Below, piece by piece: positions 20,421 through 31,055 of a stretch of 64,000 nt of DNA. The stretch is from Syntrophales bacterium (GTDB lineage: Bacteria > Desulfobacterota > Syntrophia > Syntrophales > UBA2210). Where the stretch lies: positions 960,001 through 1,024,000 of the forward strand of contig CAXXNF010000002.1 in NCBI GenBank assembly GCA_963666365.2, written 5' to 3'. The notes beneath the pieces are model-generated. The model was not told the origin of the DNA. It did not search any database and worked only from the letters and a program-made list of their open reading frames with translations. Each line of letters opens with the position of its first letter. The first letter of the stretch is position 1. The translations under genes and the position numbers were made by a program.

Positions 20421-23114
20421 ATGAGCGAAAAATTTACCATTCACATCGATGGAAAGGACGTTCAGGCTTCGCCGGGACAAACCATCCTTGAAGTGGCGCG
20501 GGAAAACGGATTCTTTATTCCCACCCTGTGCTACTACAGGGGTACCACGAATGTGGGCGCCTGCAGGGTCTGCGTCGTTGACGTCGAGAACGCCCGTTCA
20601 CTGGTGGCATCTTGCGCCATGCCCGTCACTCCCGGCATGAAGGTTAGAACCGACACGGAGCGCGTGAAAAACGCCCGCCGTCTCGTGGTAGAACTGTTAT
20701 GGGCCTCGGGAGATCACAACTGCCTTACCTGTGAAAAAAACGGCAATTGCGAACTTCAGGATCTGGTGTACAAATTCGGCATTGACTCGCCGCGCTTCGA
20801 TATCGATCCTCCCGGATACGATACCGAAGATACCAACAGCATGATCGCCCGCGATCTCAACAAATGCATCCTCTGTGGCCGTTGTGTGAGAGTGTGCAAC
20901 GAAATCCAGGTAAACGAGGTGCTTGATTTTTCCATGAGAGGGTCGCACGCCAAGGTAGGACCTGCCTTCGATACCGATTATATTTCATCGAACTGCTATT
21001 TCTGTGGTGAATGCGTTGATGCCTGTCCCGTAGGAGCGATCACCTTCAAGGGCGCACGTTTCCAGGGGCGTCCCTGGGAAATTGAAAAGGTAAAAACCAC
21101 CTGCACCTATTGCGGGGTGGGCTGCCAGATGGACCTGAACATTCATGACGGAAAAATCATCAAGGTAACGGGAAACCGTGAATACGGCGCACCCAACCAG
21201 GGAAGTCTCTGCGTGAAAGGTCGCTTCGGCTTGAATTTCGTCAATCACCCCGACCGCTTGAAAACACCACTGATTCGCAAGGGGGGAGAACTTCAGGAGG
21301 CCTCCTGGGAAGAAGCCTACGACTACATCGCTCATTCGCTGACCGCCATCAAACAGGCTCATGGAGCGGACAGCATCGCCGGTCTTTCCTCGGCACGCTG
21401 CACCAATGAAGAAAATTATCTCTTCCAGAAATTCATGAGGGCGGTCATCGGCACCAATAATGTCGACCACTGCGCCCGTCTCTGACACTCCGTTACGGTG
21501 GCCGGTCTGGCCGCCGCATTCGGCAGTGGTGCAATGACAAACTCCATAGAGGAAATTGAATCGGCTGATGCAATTATCGCCATCGGTACCAACACTACCG
21601 AGAACCATCCCGTCATCGGGTCCAGGGTCAAACGGGCCGTGCGGCAGCGCGGCGCACGGTTGATCGTGATCGATCCCCGCAAGATCGGCCTGGTGAACTA
21701 TGCCGACATATGGCTCCGCCCCCGTGCAGGAACCAATGTGGCCGTGCTCAACGGCTTGATGCAGGCAATTATCGAGGAAGGTCTGGCGGACGACGAGTAC
21801 ATCCAATCGAGAACCGAGGGCTACGATGCCCTTAAAGAAACACTTTCACACTACACTCCGGAATACGTGGAGAAAATCAGCGGCGTACCTGCCGAAGACT
21901 TGAAAAAAGCAGCACGAATTTATGGAGAAGCACAGCGGGGCTCCATTTTGTATGCGATGGGAATTACACAGCATTCGCACGGCACCGATGCGGTGAAATC
22001 CTGCGCGAATCTCGCCATGATGTGTGGAAATGTGGGCATCGAAGGGGGCGGCGTCAATCCGCTTCGCGGTCAGAACAATGTTCAGGGGGCCTGCGATATG
22101 GGCGCCCTTCCCAATGTCTTTACTGGCTATCAGCAGGTGGCGAACGACGAAGCGCGGGCCAAGTTCGAAAAAGCCTGGCACGCAACCCTTTCAGGAACGC
22201 CGGGGCTCACGATTATGGAAATTATGAACGGCGCCCACGAGGGAACCATCAAGGCCCTGTACATTATGGGTGAAAACCCCATGCTGAGTGATCCCGACCT
22301 TACCCACGTGGAAGAGGCATTGAAAAATCTCGACCTTCTCATCACTCAGGACATCTTCCTGAATGAAACCGGTCAGTTTGCGCACGTGGTGCTTCCCTCG
22401 GCCTGCTTTGCCGAAAAGGACGGCACTTTCAGCAATACTGAGCGCAGGGTCCAACGGATACGCAAAGCCGTCGAGCCCCCGGGAGCAGCACGGCCGGACT
22501 GGGCAATCATCGCGGAAATCGCCACGCGCATGGGATACCCCATGAACTACGAATCCGCCGAGTCGATAATGGAAGAAATCAACGCGGTTACGCCGAGCTA
22601 TGCCGGTATCACCTATGAACGCATTGAGGGGGAAGGGCTGCAGTGGCCCTGTCCGAATAGGGAGCATCCCGGCACCAGGTATCTTCATAAAGACCAGTTC
22701 AGCCGGGGAAAAGGACTTTTTACCCCCATCGATTACCGCCCCTCCGATGAGTTGCCGGATGATGAATACCCCTTCATTCTCACCACCGGCCGGGTGCTGT
22801 ACCATTTTCATACGGCAACAATGAGTCGGAGAAACGAAGGGCTGATGGAGCGCTATCCCGAAAGTCTGATTGAAATAAGCCCCGAAGACGCAGCAAAACT
22901 GAACATTGACGACGGTAAATTTGTGACGGTGACTTCTCGACGGGGAAGCGTCCAGGCAAAGGTGAAAGTGACGGAAATGTCGCCTGAGGGAACCGTTTTT
23001 ATGAATTTCCATTTCAGAGAGACCGCCGTAAATCTGCTGACAAACCCGGCGCTCGATCCCACGGGAAAAATTCCCGAATATAAGGTCTGTGCGGTAAAAG
23101 TCGAGGCAGCCTGA
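20421..23114 (+). CDS. fdhF: selenocysteine-containing formate dehydrogenase alpha subunit (897 aa, N-terminal Fe-S domains)
   Basis: Two track ORFs are in frame and joined by TGA 21483-21485 in DHCARL-U-HS.TVAGL. Also [2Fe-2S] and [4Fe-4S] motifs, CTYCGVGC and PLRGQNNVQG. Confidence 0.93.
21496..21516 (+). promoter_or_regulatory. bacterial SECIS element
   Basis: cggtggcc-ggtct-ggccgccg hairpin starting 11 nt after the UGA. Confidence 0.85.
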
Positions 23115-23253
23115 CGTAAGGGGGTACTCGCCCCGTAAAAGTCGGAATCACGCCCTCTTTTTCTCTTTGAAGAAAAAGAGGGCAGCCTATATATGCTGCA
23201 TTCCGGCGTTTACGAAGGCGTCAAATAGCAATTACAACAAGGAGGTAGAAGAC

Positions 23254-23499
23254 ATGGCACGGTGGAAGTACAGAACGAGCATCCTGGATCTTGACGCGGT
23301 CATCCCCCCTGACAAAATATCATGCGCTGAAACGGGTGTATGCATGGTGGATAACCTGCCGGGTTCGGGAATTGATGTAATGCAGGAGCTGCTTGACAAG
23401 GAAGGCGAGCAGGAATGGGAACTGGTCCAGTGCCAGCTCCACGGGGGCAAGCTTCTTTGCATATGGAAAAAAGAAATTAAAGAAGCATTTGTAAGTTAG
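23254..23499 (+). CDS. small DUF4177-like protein
   Basis: AAGGAGG RBS. WKY...LDKEGEQEWELV...WKK pattern with a Cys-containing insert. Confidence 0.65.
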   Translation: MARWKYRTSILDLDAVIPPDKISCAETGVCMVDNLPGSGIDVMQELLDKEGEQEWELVQCQLHGGKLLCIWKKEIKEAFVS

Positions 23500-23615
23500 C
23501 GGCACAGGAACAGCGAGAAACCCTCACATGCAGAAGAGGGAGTGCATGCGATTCAGGATCTCTCGCTGGGCAGTGGAAAAAATTTTCAAATAATAAAATT
23601 AACGGAGGTTTTCTT

Positions 23616-24497
23616 ATGGCTTTCAATGCCCCGGCGAAAATGGTGGGTCTGGTAAGTAATGCTGGAGTCTACAAATCAAAGCTTTCTGTCTTTCAATTTC
23701 TTATTCGCGGGTTCATGGCCGGCGCCTATATCGCCATCGGCGGCGCCCTTTGCACGGTCTGCGTAACCGGCGCGGGTGCGCAGCTTGGGGCGGGAGTCGC
23801 CAAGCTTATCGGCGGCGCCGTCTTCCCTGTCGGACTTATTGCAATCGTCTTAACGGGAATGGAACTCTTTACCGGAGACTGTATGATCGTCCCCATGGCC
23901 GCCATGATGAAACGGATCACCTGGGGATCGGTTTTACGGAACTGGGTCTGGGTCTATATCGGGAACATCATCGGTTCCTTCTTCTATGCTTACATAATGG
24001 CGGTAGGTCCCTTTGTCACCGGACAGGCTGACGGCGCCATGGCCGTCAACGCCTTCGGCATGACCGCAATAGGCATCGCCGTGGGAAAAATCCTTCCCTA
24101 CAAAGTGGTGGGGGCTGCCGGTCTCTGGTCCTGTTTTATAAAGGCCATTGGATGTAACTTTCTTGTCAATATCGCAATTCTTCTCGCGATTACCGCAGAC
24201 GATGTAATCGGAAAATTTTTCGGCGTCTGGTTCCCCATCATGGCCTTCGTCGCCAGCGGGTTTGAGCACTGTGTCGCCAATATGTACTTTCTCCCCACGG
24301 GTAAATTCCTCTGCGACTGGTATCCCGCCGTAGTGGAAAAAAGCGGCGGCCTGCTTGCGGCAAACGGCGGTCTCGGATGGGGGGACGTCTGGCTCTGGAA
24401 TATTTTCCCCGTTACATTAGGAAACATTGTAGGCGGCTTCCTCTTTATCGGCGTTGCCTATTTTCTTATGTTCAGAAAAGAGATTCCTCAGGATTGA
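23616..24497 (+). CDS. formate/nitrite transporter (FdhC/FocA family)
   Basis: FPVGL, GMELFTG, YIGN, GFEHCVAN and VTLGNIVGG. Confidence 0.92.
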   Translation: MAFNAPAKMVGLVSNAGVYKSKLSVFQFLIRGFMAGAYIAIGGALCTVCVTGAGAQLGAGVAKLIGGAVFPVGLIAIVLTGMELFTGDCMIVPMAAMMKRITWGSVLRNWVWVYIGNIIGSFFYAYIMAVGPFVTGQADGAMAVNAFGMTAIGIAVGKILPYKVVGAAGLWSCFIKAIGCNFLVNIAILLAITADDVIGKFFGVWFPIMAFVASGFEHCVANMYFLPTGKFLCDWYPAVVEKSGGLLAANGGLGWGDVWLWNIFPVTLGNIVGGFLFIGVAYFLMFRKEIPQD

Positions 24498-24569
24498 GGT
24501 TTGGACGCGGGCTTGCCCGCTCCTTACGCTGCTTCGCAGGAACATTGATGTGAGGATGTTCCGCAGGCA

Positions 24570-25076
24570 TTGCGATTACTGGGGATGCGAGGATGGAATA
24601 CGTTGTCGATACCGGCCTGGGCAGTATTTATCATATGCAGTATCGCTGTTGCCTTTCATTTTGCAAAAACAGGCGACAGAACTTTTTTATTGTATGCGGC
24701 GCCTTCACTGGCGCTCCTGATAGTGATCCCCTTTGCACTCGCCTGGATGAGCCGAAGGAGCTTTGCACAGGCCAGTATCGAACAGAGTCCCCGGGCCAAA
24801 GTTGTGAAGATCGGAAAAATCGATTCACGTATGACCGGCACGGTTTTGAAGGTAAAAGGGATTGTTGAAAAGATAAGTTTCAAGTGGCTTAACAGACCCC
24901 ACTTTCACCTCAAAGACGAAGGCGCCGGCATTCGCGCCGTTATGTTCACCGCGCCTTCGCAGAATATACAGGTGGGAGACCGTGTCGAGGTTCTGGGAAT
25001 TGTGGTAAAACATCTGCTTACGAAACACAGGCTGATCATATCGGCCGTAAGCATTACAAAGATCGAAAACTCATAA
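24570..25076 (+). CDS. membrane protein with two TM helices and OB-fold-like C-terminus
   Basis: Hydrophobic N-half, then V.GIVE..F.LKDE...I..V.F...I.VGDRVEVLG. Start uncertain. Confidence 0.6.
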   Translation: MRLLGMRGWNTLSIPAWAVFIICSIAVAFHFAKTGDRTFLLYAAPSLALLIVIPFALAWMSRRSFAQASIEQSPRAKVVKIGKIDSRMTGTVLKVKGIVEKISFKWLNRPHFHLKDEGAGIRAVMFTAPSQNIQVGDRVEVLGIVVKHLLTKHRLIISAVSITKIENS

Positions 25077-25090
25077 GGAGGTCTCATAGA

Positions 25091-25234
25091 ATGGATTCGA
25101 AAGAAGCACGCTTTGCCTTTGGATTTCTGCTTTTGGGATTGGCGCCGCTCTTTGCGACGGCCGGCGGAGCAGGTCTCGGTGTGGTCTTTTTTATTATCGG
25201 AATGCTGATTGCCATCTCACCGGCATTCGCCTGA
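25091..25234 (+). CDS. 47-aa membrane micro-protein (missed by the ORF track)
   Basis: AAGGAGGT 8 nt before ATG. Sequence MDSKEARFAFGFLLLGLAPLFATAGGAGLGVVFFIIGMLIAISPAFA. Confidence 0.65.
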   Translation: MDSKEARFAFGFLLLGLAPLFATAGGAGLGVVFFIIGMLIAISPAFA

Positions 25235-25240
25235 GCAGCA

Positions 25241-25283
25241 AAAGAGAGGGAGCGGAATCCCCTGTTCTCCGCTCCCTCTTTTC
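25241..25283. terminator. intrinsic (probably bidirectional) terminator
   Basis: 12-bp stem agagggagcgga/tccgctccctct with A/T flanks, between convergent genes. Confidence 0.7.
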
Positions 25284-25331
25284 ACCCCGTCGATGCCCAT
25301 GAAATGGCGCCCTCAATCGTGGCCCTCGCAA

Positions 25332-25655
25332 TTACGCAACCTTTCCAGCCAATTTCCGTGTTTTCTTTTTGAGCTTATTGATTTTTCTTCTCAGGCGTTT
25401 GACCCCGGCCTTGTCCGCTTCGTTCCGAAGTGCTGTTTTCCGTTCTCTCAGTTCCCTGATCTTTTTCTTTACCTCCACAATTGTGTCAATGGCTTCCTGG
25501 CGTTCCTCCTTTATGGGAATTCCCCGCGCCTCCTTTATGGCGATGAGCAACGCCTCCTTTTTCATGGCGCTTACGCCCTCAAGTCCTTCAATACCGTGCG
25601 CCACATCCCGCAGTTCCTTCACAGTCATCTTCTCCAAAGGTTTCTCTTCAGCCAT
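25332..25655 (-). CDS. Rho N-terminal-like domain + basic coiled-coil protein
   Basis: LEKMTVKELRDVA..I.G....MKK..L pattern. AAGGAG RBS. Confidence 0.65.
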   Translation of the reverse strand: MAEEKPLEKMTVKELRDVAHGIEGLEGVSAMKKEALLIAIKEARGIPIKEERQEAIDTIVEVKKKIRELRERKTALRNEADKAGVKRLRRKINKLKKKTRKLAGKVA

Positions 25656-25798
25656 TGTCGCTCCTTTCTGCCAAATATTTAAAGTATTGTATAGCATATC
25701 GACTTTTATAAAATCAAATTCAATCATTACCTCTATTTTCCATTAACCTGAGGGCGGGAACATGCTATAGTCCACAAATTTTAAAGAGGCGCCTTTCG

Positions 25799-28700
25799 TT
25801 GTCTGAGAAACTACCGCATACCATTGCGAAACGCATTGCACAGACTTTGCGGGTGGACCGTGTTGCCTTGAAGGCAGCCTTCGGACGCATAGAGGCCCTT
25901 CGACAGAGAGGGACCGACGCAGCATCAATCGCCGCAATGACGGCTGCACTGGAAAAACGGCTTCAGCGGGCGGAACAGAAGAAGCAGGGGCGCATCGCCC
26001 ATCGTCCTGCACTTACCTACCCTGAGGATCTTCCCATTACGGAGAAGCGCACCGAAATCATCGGCGCCATTCGCCGTTATCAGGTGATTGTGGTCACCGG
26101 CGAAACAGGATCGGGCAAAACCACACAGCTTCCCAAGATGTGTCTCGACGCAGGTTGCGGAATCGACGGCGTGATCGGCTGTACCCAGCCCAGGCGGATT
26201 GCCGCGCTTACCATTGCAGGACGGCTGGCGGAAGAAATGGGTGAGCCGGTAGGGCGCTCTGTGGGCTACAAGGTCCGTTTCGACGATCACACCACCCGGC
26301 AGGGGTATATCAAACTGATGACCGACGGCATTCTGCTCATGGAAGCGCAGGGGGATCAATTCCTCAGCGAATACGACACGCTGATTGTCGATGAAGCCCA
26401 CGAGCGAAGCGCCAACATCGATTTTATTCTGGGGATCCTGAAGAGGCTTATAAAAAAACGCACTGACCTGAAGCTCATCATCACTTCGGCGACCATCGAT
26501 CCGGAAAAATTCTCACGCGCCTTTGACCATGCACCGATTATTAAAGTATCAGGGCGCATGTATCCCGTAGAGATTCGCTACCGCCCGCCGGAGTCCGTCC
26601 TCGATCAGAACGGCGAAGCAAACCATGTAGAAGCCGCGGTGCAGGCGGTATCGGAATTAAAGAAAGAGCGCAGACGGGGCCACACGTTGATCTTCATGCC
26701 CACGGAACAGGACATCCGAGAAACCTGCGAACTTCTTGAGGGCAAACATTTCCGCAACAGTCTTGTACTGCCCCTGTTCGGGCGACTTTCTTCGGCGGAT
26801 CAGCGACGCATCTTTCAATCCACGCAAGAGGAAAAACTGATTGTGGCCACGAACGTGGCCGAGACCTCGATTACTATCCCCGGCATTCGCTATGTCGTAG
26901 ACACGGGCCTGGCGCGCATCGCTCACTACAATCCCGCGACAAGGACCAAAGGTCTTCCGGTAAAACCGATAGCGCAGAGCAGCGCCATCCAGAGGGCGGG
27001 CAGATGCGGCCGCATGGAAAGCGGCATCTGCCTGCGTCTGTACTCCATTGAAGACTATGAAGCGCGCCCCCTCTTTACGGCGCCTGAAATCCTTCGATCA
27101 AACCTGGCCGAAGTCATCCTGCGCATGATGGCACTGAAGATCGGCGACGTAACGGATTTTCCCTTCATCGATCCCCCCCGCCCGAGAGCCGTCAAAGACG
27201 GCTATGACATTCTCAAAGAACTCGGCGCCATTCACCGCAGGGGAAAGAACTACGCACTGACCGAACGGGGACGCCTCATGGCGCGGATGCCCCTGGACCC
27301 CCGCATCGCCCGCATGATCCTTGAGGCACAGCATCAGCACTGCGTCGAAGAAATCATTATCATCGCCGCGGCACTCTCCATCCAGGACCCCCGGGAGCGT
27401 CCCATGGAAAAAGAGGCCGCCGCCGATGAAGCCCATCGTCGCTTTGTCAACCCTTCGTCGGACTTCCTCACCTTCCTTTCCCTGTGGACGCACTTTCGAA
27501 CCGTGCAACGAACTGAAAAGACGCAGAATCGGGTGCGGAAATTCTGTCGCGACCATTTTCTATCCTACCGGCGCATGAAGGAATGGTGCGACCTCTATGA
27601 TCAGATCGTTCAGATTATTGAAGAAAACGGCGACAGGTCGCCGATAGCAAAGTCGCTCCTTGAGGGGGAGGCCCTCTACGAGGCGATCCACAAATCAATT
27701 ATTGCGGGGTATCTCTCTCAGATCGGCCTGAAAAAAGAAAAAAACCTCTATCGGACCGCCAAAGGAAAAGAAACCATGATATTCCCCGGCTCCGGGCTTT
27801 TCAATCGGGGCGGAGGATGGATCATCGCGGCGGAAACCGTGGAAACGTCGCGCCTGTTCGCACGAACCGCAGCCGTTGTGAAAAGCGAATGGCTTGAGGA
27901 AATCGGAAAAGAATTCTGCAGGTATCGCTATGCCGAACCACGATGGGACTCCGCCCGCGGAGAGGTTGTCGCCACGGAACAGGTCATGCTGTACGGCCTT
28001 CCCCTCGTGACGGGGCGAACAGTATCGTTCGGTGCCGTCAATCCTCAGGAGGCGTCAAAAGTCTTTATTAGATCCGCCCTGGTCGAAGGCGATCCCTCTG
28101 TCACCTTCCCCTTTCTCTACTATAATCGAGCATTGATCAAGAAAATCGTCACTATGGAAAACAAGATCCGGAAGCGCAACATCCTGGTGGCGGACGACGA
28201 TCTGGTCGCATTTTACGAATCGCGTCTGGGAATGATCTTTGATATCAGAACCCTGAGAAAACGTATTAAAGATGAGCGGGGCGATGGATTTCTTCGGATG
28301 AGTGAAGATGATGTGCGCACCTACATTCCCGACAGGGATCTTCTTTCCCGCTACCCCGATTCAATCAGTCTCGGCAACACACCGCTGAAGGTGACCTATC
28401 GCTTCGAGCCCGGGGCCGCCAGGGACGGCGTCACCGTGCGCATCCCGGCGGGAATTGTCGCCGACATCCCCGCCGAATCCGCCGACTGGCACATCCCGGG
28501 GCTGATGGAGGAAAAGATCACGGCGCTCATCAGGGGACTGCCCAAAGACTACCGCAGGCAGCTGATACCGATTCCCCGCACCGTGGAGATTATCGGGCAG
28601 GATATTGCGGCGGAGGCAAAAGAAGGATCGATTCTTGCGGCCCTTTCCCGATGCATTTACCGTCGATTCGGCCTGTCGATACCAGCGACGGCATGGTCCC

Positions 28701-29740
28701 TGGAGGGCGTTCCCGACCATCTCAAAATCCGGTACGCCCTGACCGACGGGAAAGGAAAGGAGATGAAGGCCGTCCGTGATATCGAACTGCTGAAAAACTC
28801 CTCTACAAAGGGGAAGGATGCGCCGGTCTTTGAAAATGCCCGTGCCCGGTATACGCGGGAGGGCATTACCGAGTGGAACTTCGGAGATATTCCGGAACGC
28901 ATTCCCCTTACCGCAAAGGGACGAAGCACCGGGATTGCCTATCCTGCCCTGAAGGACGAAAAAACCTCCGTCACGCTTACACTCTGCGCCGGCGAGGAGG
29001 ATGCTCGCAGAGAACATGCCCGAGGGGTGCGTCGGCTCTACACACTGCAATTCGGCAAGGACATGAAATATTTAAAGCAATGTCTCTCTCTACCCCGTGA
29101 AATGCGCATTGCCGCAGCCTATTTCGGCGGCGCGGCGCGAATCGAGGGCGATCTTTTCCACATGGCCCTGCCCCTGCTCGTCGACTGCGCTGTGCGAAAT
29201 CAGGGCGCATTCTTTCAAGCAATGGAAAGGGCCCGACCCCGTATTTACGAAAGTGCCGGACAGTGCCTCGCCATGGTCGAACAGATTCTCCACAGCTACA
29301 GCGATCTGCGCCGGCAGCTGCAAGATCTTGAACAGGCAAATCGCACCAATAAAAAGACAGGGGAGTATATCGCACAGATACACCACGAACTGGACCACCT
29401 GCTTCCCGAAGACTTTCTTTCCCGATACGATGGAGAAGTGCTCGTGAAAATGCCCCGCTACATCCGCGCCCTGGCCATTCGGGTCGATCGCGGCACGGCC
29501 CATCTGGACAAGGATCGTCTCAAAGCGGAAAAACTTCAGACATTTACACAGGCCCTGCAGACACTGAAAAATACGCTCCCCCCCTTCTCGTCGTCGCAAA
29601 AACACCGCGCGCTGGAGGAACTTCAGTGGATGATTGAAGAATACAAAATCTCTCTTTTCGCCCCGGAATTAAAAACACTGATTCCCGTGTCGCCAAAGCG
29701 ACTTCAGCAGAAGGTGGAAGAAATCGGGAACATGATCTGA
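25799..29740 (+). CDS. hrpA: ATP-dependent RNA helicase HrpA
   Basis: GETGSGKTTQLPK, TQPRR, DEAH, SAT, QRAGRCGR and C-terminal EE..SLFA.EL.T..PVS.KRL. Confidence 0.95.
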   Translation: MSEKLPHTIAKRIAQTLRVDRVALKAAFGRIEALRQRGTDAASIAAMTAALEKRLQRAEQKKQGRIAHRPALTYPEDLPITEKRTEIIGAIRRYQVIVVTGETGSGKTTQLPKMCLDAGCGIDGVIGCTQPRRIAALTIAGRLAEEMGEPVGRSVGYKVRFDDHTTRQGYIKLMTDGILLMEAQGDQFLSEYDTLIVDEAHERSANIDFILGILKRLIKKRTDLKLIITSATIDPEKFSRAFDHAPIIKVSGRMYPVEIRYRPPESVLDQNGEANHVEAAVQAVSELKKERRRGHTLIFMPTEQDIRETCELLEGKHFRNSLVLPLFGRLSSADQRRIFQSTQEEKLIVATNVAETSITIPGIRYVVDTGLARIAHYNPATRTKGLPVKPIAQSSAIQRAGRCGRMESGICLRLYSIEDYEARPLFTAPEILRSNLAEVILRMMALKIGDVTDFPFIDPPRPRAVKDGYDILKELGAIHRRGKNYALTERGRLMARMPLDPRIARMILEAQHQHCVEEIIIIAAALSIQDPRERPMEKEAAADEAHRRFVNPSSDFLTFLSLWTHFRTVQRTEKTQNRVRKFCRDHFLSYRRMKEWCDLYDQIVQIIEENGDRSPIAKSLLEGEALYEAIHKSIIAGYLSQIGLKKEKNLYRTAKGKETMIFPGSGLFNRGGGWIIAAETVETSRLFARTAAVVKSEWLEEIGKEFCRYRYAEPRWDSARGEVVATEQVMLYGLPLVTGRTVSFGAVNPQEASKVFIRSALVEGDPSVTFPFLYYNRALIKKIVTMENKIRKRNILVADDDLVAFYESRLGMIFDIRTLRKRIKDERGDGFLRMSEDDVRTYIPDRDLLSRYPDSISLGNTPLKVTYRFEPGAARDGVTVRIPAGIVADIPAESADWHIPGLMEEKITALIRGLPKDYRRQLIPIPRTVEIIGQDIAAEAKEGSILAALSRCIYRRFGLSIPATAWSLEGVPDHLKIRYALTDGKGKEMKAVRDIELLKNSSTKGKDAPVFENARARYTREGITEWNFGDIPERIPLTAKGRSTGIAYPALKDEKTSVTLTLCAGEEDARREHARGVRRLYTLQFGKDMKYLKQCLSLPREMRIAAAYFGGAARIEGDLFHMALPLLVDCAVRNQGAFFQAMERARPRIYESAGQCLAMVEQILHSYSDLRRQLQDLEQANRTNKKTGEYIAQIHHELDHLLPEDFLSRYDGEVLVKMPRYIRALAIRVDRGTAHLDKDRLKAEKLQTFTQALQTLKNTLPPFSSSQKHRALEELQWMIEEYKISLFAPELKTLIPVSPKRLQQKVEEIGNMI

Positions 29741-29896
29741 ATGAATGAAGGAATGAAATAATTGACAATTCCCCAGAAAGAGGAATATAAAACTCATCCA
29801 TGTACCGAATGGCCGCCGCAACGCCGACAATGAAACGAATCAGTCCCTGATGGGCAAAGGATGGGCAATGACTGACTGTATAAGGATTTTTTACCG

Positions 29897-30610
29897 ATGC
29901 ATCGGGGATTGAAAAAAATTCTTTTCGTACTGAAAGACCGCATTGATCTTATCGAAGTCAAAATATTGTTGATCGGCCTGTTGTTGTGCTATCTGGGCGG
30001 TCTCTATCTGCTGTACCTCGTCTTTGCCGACCCCGGGCTTTACAGAGCATTGATTTCAACAGCAATGATCCATCTTGTGGGAGGCAGGGCGCTGGGAATC
30101 GCCACATGCCTCTCTGCCGACATTCCCCTCGGCTACACGATCCTTTACAACCTCTATCTTGAAATCGTGATTGTCCTCGTCGCCTATGGCGTGGTCGTGC
30201 TCTTTATGCGCAACATCATCCAGCCGAAGCTGTTTCGCAAGGCGGTGCGTCAAGCGGAACTGACGGCGCAGAACCAGAAGACCCGGATCAAAAAATTCGG
30301 CGCCGTCGGGCTTTTCCTCTTCGTGATGTTTCCCTTCTTCATGACCGGACCGGTGATCGGCGCCATCATCGGTTATCTTCTCAACTACAGAGCAATCAAC
30401 AACTTTCTTCTCGTGTTCAGCGGCACGCTGACGTCCATTCTCATCTATGCATTCATGGGCAATAACATCGTAAAGCACATCAATCAATATGTGCACATAG
30501 ATGTGGTAAAGAAGTGGGGCTCCATCATCGTCGCCCTTTTCATTGTAATATTTTTAATATATCACCTTAAAACCATTAAGAAGTACCTATCAGATGACGA
30601 CAGTGAGTGA
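29897..30610 (+). CDS. putative small multidrug export family membrane protein
   Basis: Multi-TM with GLFLFV..PF..TGP..G motif. TTGACA-18-TATAAA upstream (29762-29791). Confidence 0.65.
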   Translation: MHRGLKKILFVLKDRIDLIEVKILLIGLLLCYLGGLYLLYLVFADPGLYRALISTAMIHLVGGRALGIATCLSADIPLGYTILYNLYLEIVIVLVAYGVVVLFMRNIIQPKLFRKAVRQAELTAQNQKTRIKKFGAVGLFLFVMFPFFMTGPVIGAIIGYLLNYRAINNFLLVFSGTLTSILIYAFMGNNIVKHINQYVHIDVVKKWGSIIVALFIVIFLIYHLKTIKKYLSDDDSE

Positions 30611-30668
30611 AGAAATGCCCTCCCCGGGAGAGTATCGGCGCCCTTCCAGTGCACAAGCGGCCCTCTCT

Positions 30669-31055
30669 TTATATGCCGTATGACCCGTCGGCCTGATGCA
30701 CCTCACGTCCCACCAGGGGAGGATTGAACACACAGAGGAGGCGCATGTCGCGGTCGTGGGCACGCAGCAGGTGCTCGTCATGCTCGTTGAGCGCGTAGAG
30801 CGTACCCGGTTCGATCGGGATGATTTCTCCGGTTTTCACCAGTTCCACCTCACCGGCGCCGTCCACGCAATACACCGCTTCCAGGTGGTTTTTGTACCAG
30901 ATGTGCGTTTCCGTATTGGCAAATATTATTGTTTCATTAAAGGAAAAGCCCATCCCGTCTTCCTTGAGCAGCAGCCGCCTGCTTACCCAATTCCCGTTTT
31001 CGGCGAAGACTTCACGTTCGGAATTCCGTATTTCGTCAATTTTTTTAATGATCAT
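30669..31055 (-). CDS. ectC: L-ectoine synthase
   Basis: W.SRRLLL..DGMGFSF, WYKNHLEAVYC and CVFNPP. Confidence 0.95.
   Translation of the reverse strand: MIIKKIDEIRNSEREVFAENGNWVSRRLLLKEDGMGFSFNETIIFANTETHIWYKNHLEAVYCVDGAGEVELVKTGEIIPIEPGTLYALNEHDEHLLRAHDRDMRLLCVFNPPLVGREVHQADGSYGI

Noticed and set aside
20985..23012. Long antisense ORFs opposite fdh (and similar ones opposite other genes)
   Set aside because: These are shadow frames of well-supported genes and have no motifs.
29792..29896. Riboswitch upstream of the multidrug-export-like gene
   Set aside because: No recognisable guanidine or fluoride riboswitch motif.
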